Under the pieces are notes generated by a model. It saw only the letters and a program-made list of their open reading frames with translations. It did no database searches and had not been told where the DNA came from. A stretch of 64,000 bases of DNA from Auanema rhodensis (Eukaryota; Animalia; Nematoda): contig OZ059898.1 in NCBI GenBank assembly GCA_964057225.1, forward strand, positions 1,302,001-1,366,000, given 5' to 3'. The position numbers and the translations under genes are program-made. Numbering within the stretch: the first letter of the stretch is position 1; each line of letters opens with the position of its first letter. Of the stretch, positions 11,701 through 25,975 are shown piece after piece.

Positions 11701-14700
11701 GCACCGAGATATAAACTGATATAAGTTCACACTTATATCCTCGATTTTCACCCTGAAGAATTAATTTTTTCGTTGAATAACATTGTCCATCGTCTTTGCC
11801 TTGAAAAAAGGAATCTAAAAACATCTACTCTTTGCTAAATTATTTTGAAATTTTTCGAAAAAATTTTTGTCAAAATGTTTTTGGAAGCAATGTTGAGTGT
11901 ACATGGAAACTCAACATACACTAATGCATCATTTTTCAAACAATCATAACTAATTTTTGTATTGAGCGTTTCTCAATGTAGTATAGTGCATTCGATGCGG
12001 ATTTTTAAGCTGCGTCGATCTGTGTTATCAGATTTGCGCTAGCTTAAAAATGCACCGAGATATAAACTGATATAAGTTCACACTTATATCCTCGATTTTC
12101 ACCCTGAAGAATTAATTTTTTCGTTGAATAACATTGTCCATCGTCTTTGCCTTGAAAAAAGGAATCTAAAAACATCTACTTTTTGCTAAATTATTTTGAA
12201 ATTTTTCGAAAAAATTTTTGTCAAAATGTTTTTGGAAGCAATGTTGAGTGTACATGGAAACTCAACATACACTAATGCATCATTTTTCAAACAATCATAA
12301 CTAATTTTTGTATTAAGCGTTTCTCAATGTGGTATAGTGCATTCGATGCGGATTTTTAAGCTGCGTCGATCTGTGTTATCAGATTTGCGCTAGCTGAAAA
12401 ATGCACCGAGATATAAACTGATATAAGTTCACACTTATATCCTCGATTTTCACCCTGAAGAATTAATTTTTTCGTTGAATAACATTGTCCATCGTCTTTG
12501 CCTTGAAAAAAGGAATCTAAAAACATCTACTCTTTGCTAAATTATTTTGAAATTTTTCGAAAAAATTTTTGTCAAAATGTTTTTGGAAGCAATGTTGAGT
12601 GTACATGGAAACTCAACATACACTAATGCATCATTTTTCAAACAATCATAACTAATTTTTGTATTGAGCGTTTCTCAATGTAGTATAGTGCATTCGATGC
12701 GGATTTTTAAGCTGCGTCGATCTGTGTTATCAGATTTGCGCTAGCTTAAAAATGCACCGAGATATAAACTGATATAAGTTCACACTTATATCCTCGATTT
12801 TCACCCTGAAGAATTAATTTTTTCGTTGAATAACATTGTCCATCGTCTTTGCCTTGAAAAAAGGAATCTAAAAACATCTACTTTTTGCTAAATTATTTTG
12901 AAATTTTTCGAAAAAATTTTTGTCAAAATGTTTTTGGAAGCAATGTTGAGTGTACATGGAAACTCAACATACACTAATGCATCATTTTTCAAACAATCAT
13001 AACTAATTTTTGTATTGAGCGTTTCTCAATGTAGTATAGTGCATTCGATGCGGATTTTTAAGCTGCGTCGATCTGTGTTATCAGATTTGCGCTAGCTTAA
13101 AAATGCACCGAGATATAAACTGATATAAGTTCACACTTATATCCTTGATTTTCACCCTGAAGAATTAATTTTTTCGTTGAATAACATTGTCCATCGTCTT
13201 TGCCTTGAAAAAAGGAATCTAAAAACATCTACTTTTTGCTAAATTATTTTGAAATTTTTCGAAAAAATTTTTGTCAAAATGTTTTTGGAAGCAATGTTGA
13301 GTGTACATGGAAACTCAACATACACTAATGCATCATTTTTCAAACAATCATAACTAATTTTTGTATTAAGCGTTTCTCAATGTAGTATAGTGCATTCGAT
13401 GCGGATTTTTAAGCTGCGTCGATCTGTGTTATCAGATTTGCGCTAGCTTAAAAATGCACCGAGATATCAACTGATATAAGTTCACACTTATATCCTCGAT
13501 TTTCACCCTGAAGAATTAATTTTTTAGTTGAATAACATTGTCCATCGTCTTTGCCTTGAAAAATGGAATCTAAAAACATCTACTCTTTGCTAAATTATCT
13601 TGAAATTTTTCGAAAAAATTTTTGTCAAAATGTTTTTGGAAGCAATGTTGAGTGTACATGGAAACTCAACATACACTAATGCATCATTTTTCAAACGATC
13701 ATAACTAATTTTTGTATTAAGCGTTTCTCAATGTAGTATAGTGCATTCGATGCGGATTTTTAAGCTGCGTCGATCTGTGTTATCAGATTTGCGCTAGCTT
13801 GAAAATGCACCGAGATATAAACTGATATAAGTTCACACTTATATCCTCGATTTTCACCCTGAAGAATTAATTTTTTCGTTGAATAACATTGTCCATCGTC
13901 TTTACCTTGAAAAAAGGAATCTAAAAACATCTACTTTTTGCTAAATTATTTTGAAATTTTTCGAAAAAATTTTTGTCAAAATGTTTTTGGAAGCAATGTT
14001 GAGTGTACATGGAAACTCAACATACACTAATGCATCATTTTTCAAACGATCATAACTAATTTTTGTATTAAGCGTTTCTCAATGTAGTATAGTGCATTCG
14101 ATGCGGATTTTTAAGCTGCGTCGATCTGTGTTATCAGATTTGCGCTAGCTTAAAAATGCACCGAGATATAAACTGATATAAGTTCACACTTATATCCTCG
14201 ATTTTCACCCTGAAGAATTAATTTTTTCGTTGAATAACATTGTCCATCGTCTTTGCCTTGAAAAAAGGAATCTAAAAACATCTACTTTTTGCTAAATTAT
14301 TTTGAAATTTTTCGAAAAAATTTTTGTCAAAATGTTTTTGGAAGCAATGTTGAGTGTACATGGAAACTCAACATACACTAATGCATCATTTTTCAAACGA
14401 TCATAACTAATTTTTGTATTAAGCGTTTCTCAATGTAGTATAGTGCATTCGTTGCGGATTTTTAAGCTGCGTCGTTCTGTGTTATCAGATTTGCGCTAGC
14501 TTAAAAATGCACCGAGATATAAACTGATATAAGTTCACACTTATATCCTCGATTTTCACCCTGAAGAATTAATTTTTTCGTTGAATAACATTGTCCATCG
14601 TCTTTGCCTTGAAAAAAGGAATCTAAAAACATCTACTTTTTGCTAAATTATTTTGAAATTTTTCGAAAAAATTTTTGTCAAAATGTTTTTGGAAGCAATG

Positions 14701-15444
14701 TTGAGTGTACATGGAAACTCAACATACACTAATGCATCATTTTTCAAACAATCATAACTAATTTTTGTATTAAGCGTTTCTCAATGTGGTATAGTGCATT
14801 CGATGCGGATTTTTAAGCTGCGTCGATCTGTGTTATCAGATTTGCGCTAGCTGAAAAATGCACCGAGATATAAACTGATATAAGTTCACACTTATATCCT
14901 CGATTTTCACCCTGAAGAATTAATTTTTTCGTTGAATAACATTGTCCATCGTCTTTGCCTTGAAAAAAGGAATCTAAAAACATCTACTCTTTGCTAAATT
15001 ATTTTGAAATTTTTCGAAAAAATTTTTGTCAAAATGTTTTTGGAAGCAATGTTGAGTGTACATGGAAACTCAACATACACTAATGCATCATTTTTCAAAC
15101 AATCATAACTAATTTTTGTATTGAGCGTTTCTCAATGTAGTATAGTGCATTCGATGCGGATTTTTAAGCTGCGTCGATCTGTGTTATCAGATTTGCGCTA
15201 GCTTAAAAATGCACCGAGATATAAACTGATATAAGTTCACACTTATATCCTCGATTTTCACCCTGAAGAATTAATTTTTTCGTTGAATAACATTGTCCAT
15301 CGTCTTTGCCTTGAAAAAAGGAATCTAAAAACATCTACTTTTTGCTAAATTATTTTGAAATTTTTCGAAAAAATTTTTGTCAAAATGTTTTTGGAAGCAA
15401 TGTTGAGTGTACATGGAAACTCAACATACACTAATGCATCATTT
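7021..15444 (+). repeat. 12-monomer (4212-bp) tandem duplication
   Basis: The monomer type order C-A-B-A-B-B-D-E-F-G-A-B occurs twice (monomers 21-32 and 33-44). The distinctive D monomer is at 9127 and 13339. Only private SNPs near 9707 and 13146 were seen to differ. Confidence 0.88.
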
Positions 15445-18400
15445 TTCAAACAATCATAACTAATTTTTGTATTAAGCGTTTCTCAATGTAGTATAGTGCA
15501 TTCGATGCGGATTTTTAAGCTGCGTCGATCTGTGTTATCAGATTTGCGCTAGCTTAAAAATGCACCGAGATATCAACTGATATAAGTTCACACTTATATC
15601 CTCGATTTTCACCCTGAAGAATTAATTTTTTAGTTGAATAACATTGTCCATCGTCTTTGCCTTGAAAAATGGAATCTAAAAACATCTACTCTTTGCTAAA
15701 TTATCTTGAAATTTTTCGAAAAAATTTTTGTCAAAATGTTTTTGGAAGCAATGTTGAGTGTACATGGAAACTCAACATACACTAATGCATCATTTTTCAA
15801 ACGATCATAACTAATTTTTGTATTAAGCGTTTCTCAATGTAGTATAGTGCATTCGATGCGGATTTTTAAGCTGCGTCGATCTGTGTTATCAGATTTGCGC
15901 TAGCTTGAAAATGCACCGAGATATAAACTGATATAAGTTCACACTTATATCCTCGATTTTCACCCTGAAGAATTAATTTTTTCGTTGAATAACATTGTCC
16001 ATCGTCTTTACCTTGAAAAAAGGAATCTAAAAACATCTACTTTTTGCTAAATTATTTTGAAATTTTTCGAAAAAATTTTTGTCAAAATGTTTTTGGAAGC
16101 AATGTTGAGTGTACATGGAAACTCAACATACACTAATGCATCATTTTTCAAACGATCATAACTAGTTTTTGTATTAAGCGTTTCTCAATGTAGTATAGTG
16201 CATTCGATGCGGATTTTTAAGCTGCGTCGATCTGTGTTATCAGATTTGCGCTAGCTTGAAAATGCACCGAGATATAAACTGATATAAGTTCACACTTATA
16301 TCCTCGATTTTCACCCTGAAGAATTAATTTTTTCGTTGAATAACATTGTCCATCGTCTTTACCTTGAAAAAAGGAATCTAAAAACATCTACTTTTTGCTA
16401 AATTATTTTGAAATTTTTCGAAAAAATTTTTGTCAAAATGTTTTTGGAAGCAATGTTGAGTGTACATGGAAACTCAACATACACTAATGCATCATTTTTC
16501 AAACGATCATAACTAATTTTTGTATTAAGCGTTTCTCAATGTAGTATAGTGCATTCGATGCGGATTTTTAAGCTGCGTCGATCTGTGTTATCAGATGTGC
16601 GCTAGCTTAAAAATGCACCGAGATATAAACTGATATAAGTTCACACTTATATCCTCGATTTTCACCCTGAAGAATTAATTTTTTCGTTGAATAACATTGT
16701 CCATCGTCTTTGCCTTGAAAAAAGGAATCTAAAAACATCTACTTTTTGCTAAATTATTTTGAAATTTTTCGAAAAAATTTTTGTCAAAATGTTTTTGGAA
16801 GCAATGTTGAGTGTACATGGAAACTCAACATACACTAATGCATCATTTTTCAAACGATCATAACTAATTTTTGTATTAAGCGTTTCTCAATGTAGTATAG
16901 TGCATTCGTTGCGGATTTTTAAGCTGCGTCGTTCTGTGTTATCAGATTTGCGCTAGCTTAAAAATGCACCGAGAAATCAACTGATATAAGTTCACACTTA
17001 TATCCTCGATTTTCACCCTGAAGAATTAATTTTTTCGTTGAATAACATTGTCCATCGTCTTTGCCTTGAAAAAAGGAATCTAAAAACATCTACTTTTTGC
17101 TAAATTATTTTGAAATTTTTCGAAAAAATTTTTGTCAAAATGTTTTTGGAAGCAATGTTGAGTGTACATGGAAACTCAACATACACTAATGCATCATTTT
17201 TCAAACGATCATAACTAATTTTTGTATTAAGCGTTTCTCAATGTGGTATAGTGCATTCGATGCGGATTTTTAAGCTGCGTCGATCTGTGTTATCAGATTT
17301 GCGCTAGCTTAAAAATGCACCGAGATATAAACTGATATAAGTTCACACTTATATCCTCGATTTTCACCCTGAAGAATTAATTTTTTCGTTGAATAACATT
17401 GTCCATCGTCTTTGCCTTGAAAAAAGGAATCTAAAAACATCTACTTTTTGCTAAATTATTTTGAAATTTTTCGAAAAAATTTTTGTCAAAATGTTTTTGG
17501 AAGCAATGTTGAGTGTACATGGAAACTCAACATACACTAATGCATCATTTTTCAAACAATCATAACTAATTTTTGTATTGAGCGTTTCTCAATGTGGTAT
17601 AGTGCATTCGATGCGGATTTTTAAGCTGCGTCGATCTGTGTTATCAGATTTGCGCTAGCTTAAAAATGCACCGAGATATAAACTGATATAAGTTCACACT
17701 TATATCCTCGATTTTCACCCTGAAGAATTAATTTTTTCGTTGAATAACATTGTCCATCGTCTTTGCCTTGAAAAAAGGAATCTAAAAACATCTACTTTTT
17801 GCTAAATTATTTTGAAATTTTTCGAAAAAATTTTTGTCAAAATGTTTTTGGAAGCAATGTTGAGTGTACATGGAAACTCAACATACACTAATGCATCATT
17901 TTTCAAACAATCATAACTAATTTTTGTATTAAGCGTTTCTCAATGTGGTATAGTGCATTCGATGCGGATTTTTAAGCTGCGTCGATCTGTGTTATCAGAT
18001 TTGCGCTAGCTTAAAAATGCACCGAGAAATCAACTGATATAAGTTCACACTTATATCCTCGATTTTCACCCTGAAGAATTAATTTTTTCGTTGAATAACA
18101 TTGTCCATCGTCTTTGCCTTGAAAAAAGGAATCTAAAAACATCTACTTTTTGCTAAATTATTTTGAAATTTTTCGAAAAAATTTTTGTCAAAATGTTTTT
18201 GGAAGCAATGTTGAGTGTACATGGAAACTCAACATACACTAATGCATCATTTTTCAAACGATCATAACTAATTTTTGTATTAAGCGTTTCTCAATGTGGT
18301 ATAGTGCATTCGATGCGGATTTTTAAGCTGCGTCGATCTGTGTTATCAGATTTGCGCTAGCTTAAAAATGCACCGAGATATAAACTGATATAAGTTCACA

Positions 18401-20358
18401 CTTATATCCTCGATTTTCACCCTGAAGAATTAATTTTTTCGTTGAATAACATTGTCCATCGTCTTTGCCTTGAAAAAAGGAATCTAAAAACATCTACTTT
18501 TTGCTAAATTATTTTGAAATTTTTCGAAAAAATTTTTGTCAAAATGTTTTTGGAAGCAATGTTGAGTGTACATGGAAACTCAACATACACTAATGCATCA
18601 TTTTTCAAACAATCATAACTAATTTTTGTATTGAGCGTTTCTCAATGTGGTATAGTGCATTCGATGCGGATTTTTAAGCTGCGTCGATCTGTGTTATCAG
18701 ATTTGCGCTAGCTTAAAAATGCACCGAGATATAAACTGATATAAGTTCACACTTATATCCTCGATTTTCACCCTGAAGAATTAATTTTTTCGTTGAATAA
18801 CATTGTCCATCGTCTTTGCCTTGAAAAAAGGAATCTAAAAACATCTACTTTTTGCTAAATTATTTTGAAATTTTTCGAAAAAATTTTTGTCAAAATGTTT
18901 TTGGAAGCAATGTTGAGTGTACATGGAAACTCAACATACACTAATGCATCATTTTTCAAACAATCATAACTAATTTTTGTATTAAGCGTTTCTCAATGTG
19001 GTATAGTGCATTCGATGCGGATTTTTAAGCTGCGTCGATCTGTGTTATCAGATTTGCGCTAGCTGAAAAATGCACCGAGATATAAACTGATATAAGTTCA
19101 CACTTATATCCTCGATTTTCACCCTGAAGAATTAATTTTTTCGTTGAATAACATTGTCCATCGTCTTTGCCTTGAAAAAAGGAATCTAAAAACATCTACT
19201 CTTTGCTAAATTATTTTGAAATTTTTCGAAAAAATTTTTGTCAAAATGTTTTTGGAAGCAATGTTGAGTGTACATGGAAACTCAACATACACTAATGCAT
19301 CATTTTTCAAACAATCATAACTAATTTTTGTATTGAGCGTTTCTCAATGTAGTATAGTGCATTCGATGCGGATTTTTAAGCTGCGTCGATCTGTGTTATC
19401 AGATTTGCGCTAGCTTAAAAATGCACCGAGATATAAACTGATATAAGTTCACACTTATATCCTCGATTTTCACCCTGAAGAATTAATTTTTTCGTTGAAT
19501 AACATTGTCCATCGTCTTTGCCTTGAAAAAAGGAATCTAAAAACATCTACTTTTTGCTAAATTATTTTGAAATTTTTCGAAAAAATTTTTGTCAAAATGT
19601 TTTTGGAAGCAATGTTGAGTGTACATGGAAACTCAACATACACTAATGCATCATTTTTCAAACGATCATAACTAATTTTTGTATTAAGCGTTTCTCAATG
19701 TGGTATAGTGCATTCGATGCGGATTTTTAAGCTGCGTCGATCTGTGTTATCAGATTTGCGCTAGCTTAAAAATGCACCGAGATATAAACTGATATAAGTT
19801 CACACTTATATCCTCGATTTTCACCCTGAAGAATTAATTTTTTCGTTGAATAACATTGTCCATCGTCTTTGCCTTGAAAAAAGGAATCTAAAAACATCTA
19901 CTTTTTGCTAAATTATTTTGAAATTTTTCGAAAAAATTTTTGTCAAAATGTTTTTGGAAGCAATGTTGAGTGTACATGGAAACTCAACATACACTAATGC
20001 ATCATTTTTCAAACAATCATAACTAATTTTTGTATTAAGCGTTTCTCAATGTAGTATAGTGCATTCGATGCGGATTTTTAAGCTGCGTCGATCTGTGTTA
20101 TCAGATTTGCGCTAGCTTAAAAATGCACCGAGATATCAACTGATATAAGTTCACACTTATATCCTCGATTTTCACCCTGAAGAATTAATTTTTTAGTTGA
20201 ATAACAGTGTCCATCGTCTTTGCCTTGAAAAATGGAATCTAAAAACATCTACTCTTTGCTAAATTATCTTGAAATTTTTCGAAAAAATTTTTGTCAAAAT
20301 GTTTTTGGAAGCAATGTTGAGTGTACATGGAAACTCAACATACACTAATGCATCATTT

Positions 20359-23300
20359 TTCAAACGATCATAACTAATTTTTGTATTAAGCGTTTCTCAA
20401 TGTAGTATAGTGCATTCGATGCGGATTTTTAAGCTGCGTCGATCTGTGTTATCAGATTTGCGCTAGCTTGAAAATGCACCGAGATATAAACTGATATAAG
20501 TTCACACTTATATCCTCGATTTTCACCCTGAAGAATTAATTTTTTCGTTGAATAACATTGTCCATCGTCTTTACCTTGAAAAAAGGAATCTAAAAACATC
20601 TACTTTTTGCTAAATTATTTTGAAATTTTTCGAAAAAATTTTTGTCAAAATGTTTTTGGAAGCAATGTTGAGTGTACATGGAAACTCAACATACACTAAT
20701 GCATCATTTTTCAAACGATCATAACTAATTTTTGTATTAAGCGTTTCTCAATGTAGTATAGTGCATTCGATGCGGATTTTTAAGCTGCGTCGATCTGTGT
20801 TATCAGATTTGCGCTAGCTTAAAAATGCACCGAGATATAAACTGATATAAGTTCACACTTATATCCTCGATTTTCACCCTGAAGAATTAATTTTTTCGTT
20901 GAATAACATTGTCCATCGTCTTTGCCTTGAAAAAAGGAATCTAAAAACATCTACTTTTTGCTAAATTATTTTGAAATTTTTCGAAAAAATTTTTGTCAAA
21001 ATGTTTTTGGAAGCAATGTTGAGTGTACATGGAAACTCAACATACACTAATGCATCATTTTTCAAACGATCATAACTAATTTTTGTATTAAGCGTTTCTC
21101 AATGTAGTATAGTGCATTCGTTGCGGATTTTTAAGCTGCGTCGTTCTGTGTTATCAGATTTGCGCTAGCTTAAAAATGCACCGAGAAATCAACTGATATA
21201 AGTTCACACTTATATCCTCGATTTTCACCCTGAAGAATTAATTTTTTCGTTGAATAACATTGTCCATCGTCTTTGCCTTGAAAAAAGGAATCTAAAAACA
21301 TCTACTTTTTGCTAAATTATTTTGAAATTTTTCGAAAAAATTTTTGTCAAAATGTTTTTGGAAGCAATGTTGAGTGTACATGGAAACTCAACATACACTA
21401 ATGCATCATTTTTCAAACGATCATAACTAATTTTTGTATTAAGCGTTTCTCAATGTGGTATAGTGCATTCGATGCGGATTTTTAAGCTGCGTCGATCTGT
21501 GTTATCAGATTTGCGCTAGCTTAAAAATGCACCGAGATATAAACTGATATAAGTTCACACTTATATCCTCGATTTTCACCCTGAAGAATTAATTTTTTCG
21601 TTGAATAACATTGTCCATCGTCTTTGCCTTGAAAAAAGGAATCTAAAAACATCTACTTTTTGCTAAATTATTTTGAAATTTTTCGAAAAAATTTTTGTCA
21701 AAATGTTTTTGGAAGCAATGTTGAGTGTACATGGAAACTCAACATACACTAATGCATCATTTTTCAAACGATCATAACTAATTTTTGTATTAAGCGTTTC
21801 TCAATGTAGTATAGTGCATTCGTTGCGGATTTTTAAGCTGCGTCGTTCTGTGTTATCAGATTTGCGCTAGCTTAAAAATGCACCGAGAAATCAACTGATA
21901 TAAGTTCACACTTATATCCTCGATTTTCACCCTGAAGAATTAATTTTTTCGTTGAATAACATTGTCCATCGTCTTTGCCTTGAAAAAAGGAATCTAAAAA
22001 CATCTACTTTTTGCTAAATTATTTTGAAATTTTTCGAAAAAATTTTTGTCAAAATGTTTTTGGAAGCAATGTTGAGTGTACATGGAAACTCAACATACAC
22101 TAATGCATCATTTTTCAAACAATCATAACTAATTTTTGTATTAAGCGTTTCTCAATGTGGTATAGTGCATTCGATGCGGATTTTTAAGCTGCGTCGATCT
22201 GTGTTATCAGATTTGCGCTAGCTGAAAAATGCACCGAGATATAAACTGATATAAGTTCACACTTATATCCTCGATTTTCACCCTGAAGAATTAATTTTTT
22301 CGTTGAATAACATTGTCCATCGTCTTTGCCTTGAAAAAAGGAATCTAAAAACATCTACTCTTTGCTAAATTATTTTGAAATTTTTCGAAAAAATTTTTGT
22401 CAAAATGTTTTTGGAAGCAATGTTGAGTGTACATGGAAACTCAACATACACTAATGCATCATTTTTCAAACAATCATAACTAATTTTTGTATTGAGCGTT
22501 TCTCAATGTAGTATAGTGCATTCGATGCGGATTTTTAAGCTGCGTCGATCTGTGTTATCAGATTTGCGCTAGCTTAAAAATGCACCGAGATATAAACTGA
22601 TATAAGTTCACACTTATATCCTCGATTTTCACCCTGAAGAATTAATTTTTTCGTTGAATAACATTGTCCATCGTCTTTGCCTTGAAAAAAGGAATCTAAA
22701 AACATCTACTTTTTGCTAAATTATTTTGAAATTTTTCGAAAAAATTTTTGTCAAAATGTTTTTGGAAGCAATGTTGAGTGTACATGGAAACTCAACATAC
22801 ACTAATGCATCATTTTTCAAACGATCATAACTAATTTTTGTATTAAGCGTTTCTCAATGTGGTATAGTGCATTCGATGCGGATTTTTAAGCTGCGTCGAT
22901 CTGTGTTATCAGATTTGCGCTAGCTTAAAAATGCACCGAGATATAAACTGATATAAGTTCACACTTATATCCTCGATTTTCACCCTGAAGAATTAATTTT
23001 TTCGTTGAATAACATTGTCCATCGTCTTTGCCTTGAAAAAAGGAATCTAAAAACATCTACTTTTTGCTAAATTATTTTGAAATTTTTCGAAAAAATTTTT
23101 GTCAAAATGTTTTTGGAAGCAATGTTGAGTGTACATGGAAACTCAACATACACTAATGCATCATTTTTCAAACGATCATAACTAATTTTTGTATTAAGCG
23201 TTTCTCAATGTAGTATAGTGCATTCGATGCGGATTTTTAAGCTGCGTCGATCTGTGTTATCAGATTTGCGCTAGCTTGAAAATGCACCGAGATATAAACT

Positions 23301-25624
23301 GATATAAGTTCACACTTATATCCTCGATTTTCACCCTGAAGAATTAATTTTTTCGTTGAATAACATTGTCCATCGTCTTTACCTTGAAAAAAGGAATCTA
23401 AAAACATCTACTTTTTGCTAAATTATTTTGAAATTTTTCGAAAAAATTTTTGTCAAAATGTTTTTGGAAGCAATGTTGAGTGTACATGGAAACTCAACAT
23501 ACACTAATGCATCATTTTTCAAACGATCATAACTAATTTTTGTATTAAGCGTTTCTCAATGTAGTATAGTGCATTCGATGCGGATTTTTAAGCTGCGTCG
23601 ATCTGTGTTATCAGATTTGCGCTAGCTTAAAAATGCACCGAGATATAAAAATGATATAAGTTCACACTTATATCCTCGATTTTCACCCTGAAGAATTAAT
23701 TTTTTCGTTGAATAACATTGTCCATCGTCTTTGCCTTGAAAAAAGGAATCTAAAAACATCTACTTTTTGCTAAATTATTTTGAAATTTTTCGAAAAAATT
23801 TTTGTCAAAATGTTTTTGGAAGCAATGTTGAGTGTACATGGAAACTCAACATACACTAATGCATCATTTTTCAAACGATCATAACTAATTTTTGTATTAA
23901 GCGTTTCTCAATGTAGTATAGTGCATTCGTTGCGGATTTTTAAGCTGCGTCGTTCTGTGTTATCAGATTTGCGCTAGCTTAAAAATGCACCGAGAAATCA
24001 ACTGATATAAGTTCACACTTATATCCTCGATTTTCACCCTGAAGAATTAATTTTTTCGTTGAATAACATTGTCCATCGTCTTTGCCTTGAAAAAAGGAAT
24101 CTAAAAACATCTACTTTTTGCTAAATTATTTTGAAATTTTTCGAAAAAATTTTTGTCAAAATGTTTTTGGAAGCAATGTTGAGTGTACATGGAAACTCAA
24201 CATACACTAATGCATCATTTTTCAAACGATCATAACTAATTTTTGTATTAAGCGTTTCTCAATGTGGTATAGTGCATTCGATGCGGATTTTTAAGCTGCG
24301 TCGATCTGTGTTATCAGATTTGCGCTAGCTTAAAAATGCACCGAGATATAAACTGATATAAGTTCACACTTATATCCTCGATTTTCACCCTGAAGAATTA
24401 ATTTTTTCGTTGAATAACATTGTCCATCGTCTTTGCCTTGAAAAAAGGAATCTAAAAACATCTACTTTTTGCTAAATTATTTTGAAATTTTTCGAAAAAA
24501 TTTTTGTCAAAATGTTTTTGGAAGCAATGTTGAGTGTACATGGAAACTCAACATACACTAATGCATCATTTTTCAAACGATCATAACTAATTTTTGTATT
24601 AAGCGTTTCTCAATGTAGTATAGTGCATTCGTTGCGGATTTTTAAGCTGCGTCGTTCTGTGTTATCAGATTTGCGCTAGCTTAAAAATGCACCGAGAAAT
24701 CAACTGATATAAGTTCACACTTATATCCTCGATTTTCACCCTGAAGAATTAATTTTTTCGTTGAATAACATTGTCCATCGTCTTTGCCTTGAAAAAAGGA
24801 ATCTAAAAACATCTACTTTTTGCTAAATTATTTTGAAATTTTTCGAAAAAATTTTTGTCAAAATGTTTTTGGAAGCAATGTTGAGTGTACATGGAAACTC
24901 AACATACACTAATGCATCATTTTTCAAACAATCATAACTAATTTTTGTATTAAGCGTTTCTCAATGTGGTATAGTGCATTCGATGCGGATTTTTAAGCTG
25001 CGTCGATCTGTGTTATCAGATTTGCGCTAGCTGAAAAATGCACCGAGATATAAACTGATATAAGTTCACACTTATATCCTCGATTTTCACCCTGAAGAAT
25101 TAATTTTTTCGTTGAATAACATTGTCCATCGTCTTTGCCTTGAAAAAAGGAATCTAAAAACATCTACTCTTTGCTAAATTATTTTGAAATTTTTCGAAAA
25201 AATTTTTGTCAAAATGTTTTTGGAAGCAATGTTGAGTGTACATGGAAACTCAACATACACTAATGCATCATTTTTCAAACAATCATAACTAATTTTTGTA
25301 TTGAGCGTTTCTCAATGTAGTATAGTGCATTCGATGCGGATTTTTAAGCTGCGTCGATCTGTGTTATCAGATTTGCGCTAGCTTAAAAATGCACCGAGAT
25401 ATAAACTGATATAAGTTCACACTTATATCCTCGATTTTCACCCTGAAGAATTAATTTTTTCGTTGAATAACATTGTCCATCGTCTTTGCCTTGAAAAAAG
25501 GAATCTAAAAACATCTACTTTTTGCTAAATTATTTTGAAATTTTTCGAAAAAATTTTTGTCAAAATGTTTTTGGAAGCAATGTTGAGTGTACATGGAAAC
25601 TCAACATACACTAATGCATCATTT
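20359..25624 (+). repeat. 8-monomer-period tandem duplication
   Basis: The order E-F-G-C-G-A-B starts at 20359 and again at 23167 (lag 2808). The second copy carries the C>AA change at ~23650. Confidence 0.8.
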
Positions 25625-25975
25625 TTCAAACGATCATAACTAATTTTTGTATTAAGCGTTTCTCAATGTAGTATAGTGCATTCGATGCGGATTTTTAAGC
25701 TGCGTCGATCTGTGTTATCAGATTTGCGCTATCTTAAAAATGCACCGAGATATAAACTGATATAAGTTCACACTTATATCCTCGATTTTCACCCTGAAGA
25801 ATTAATTTTTTCGTTGAATAACATTGTCCATCGTCTTTGCCTTGAAAAAAGGAATCTAAAAACATCTACTTTTTGCTAAATTATTTTGAAATTTTTCGAA
25901 AAAATTTTTGTCAAAATGTTTTTGGAAGCAATGTTGAGTGTACATGGAAACTCAACATACACTAATGCATCATTT

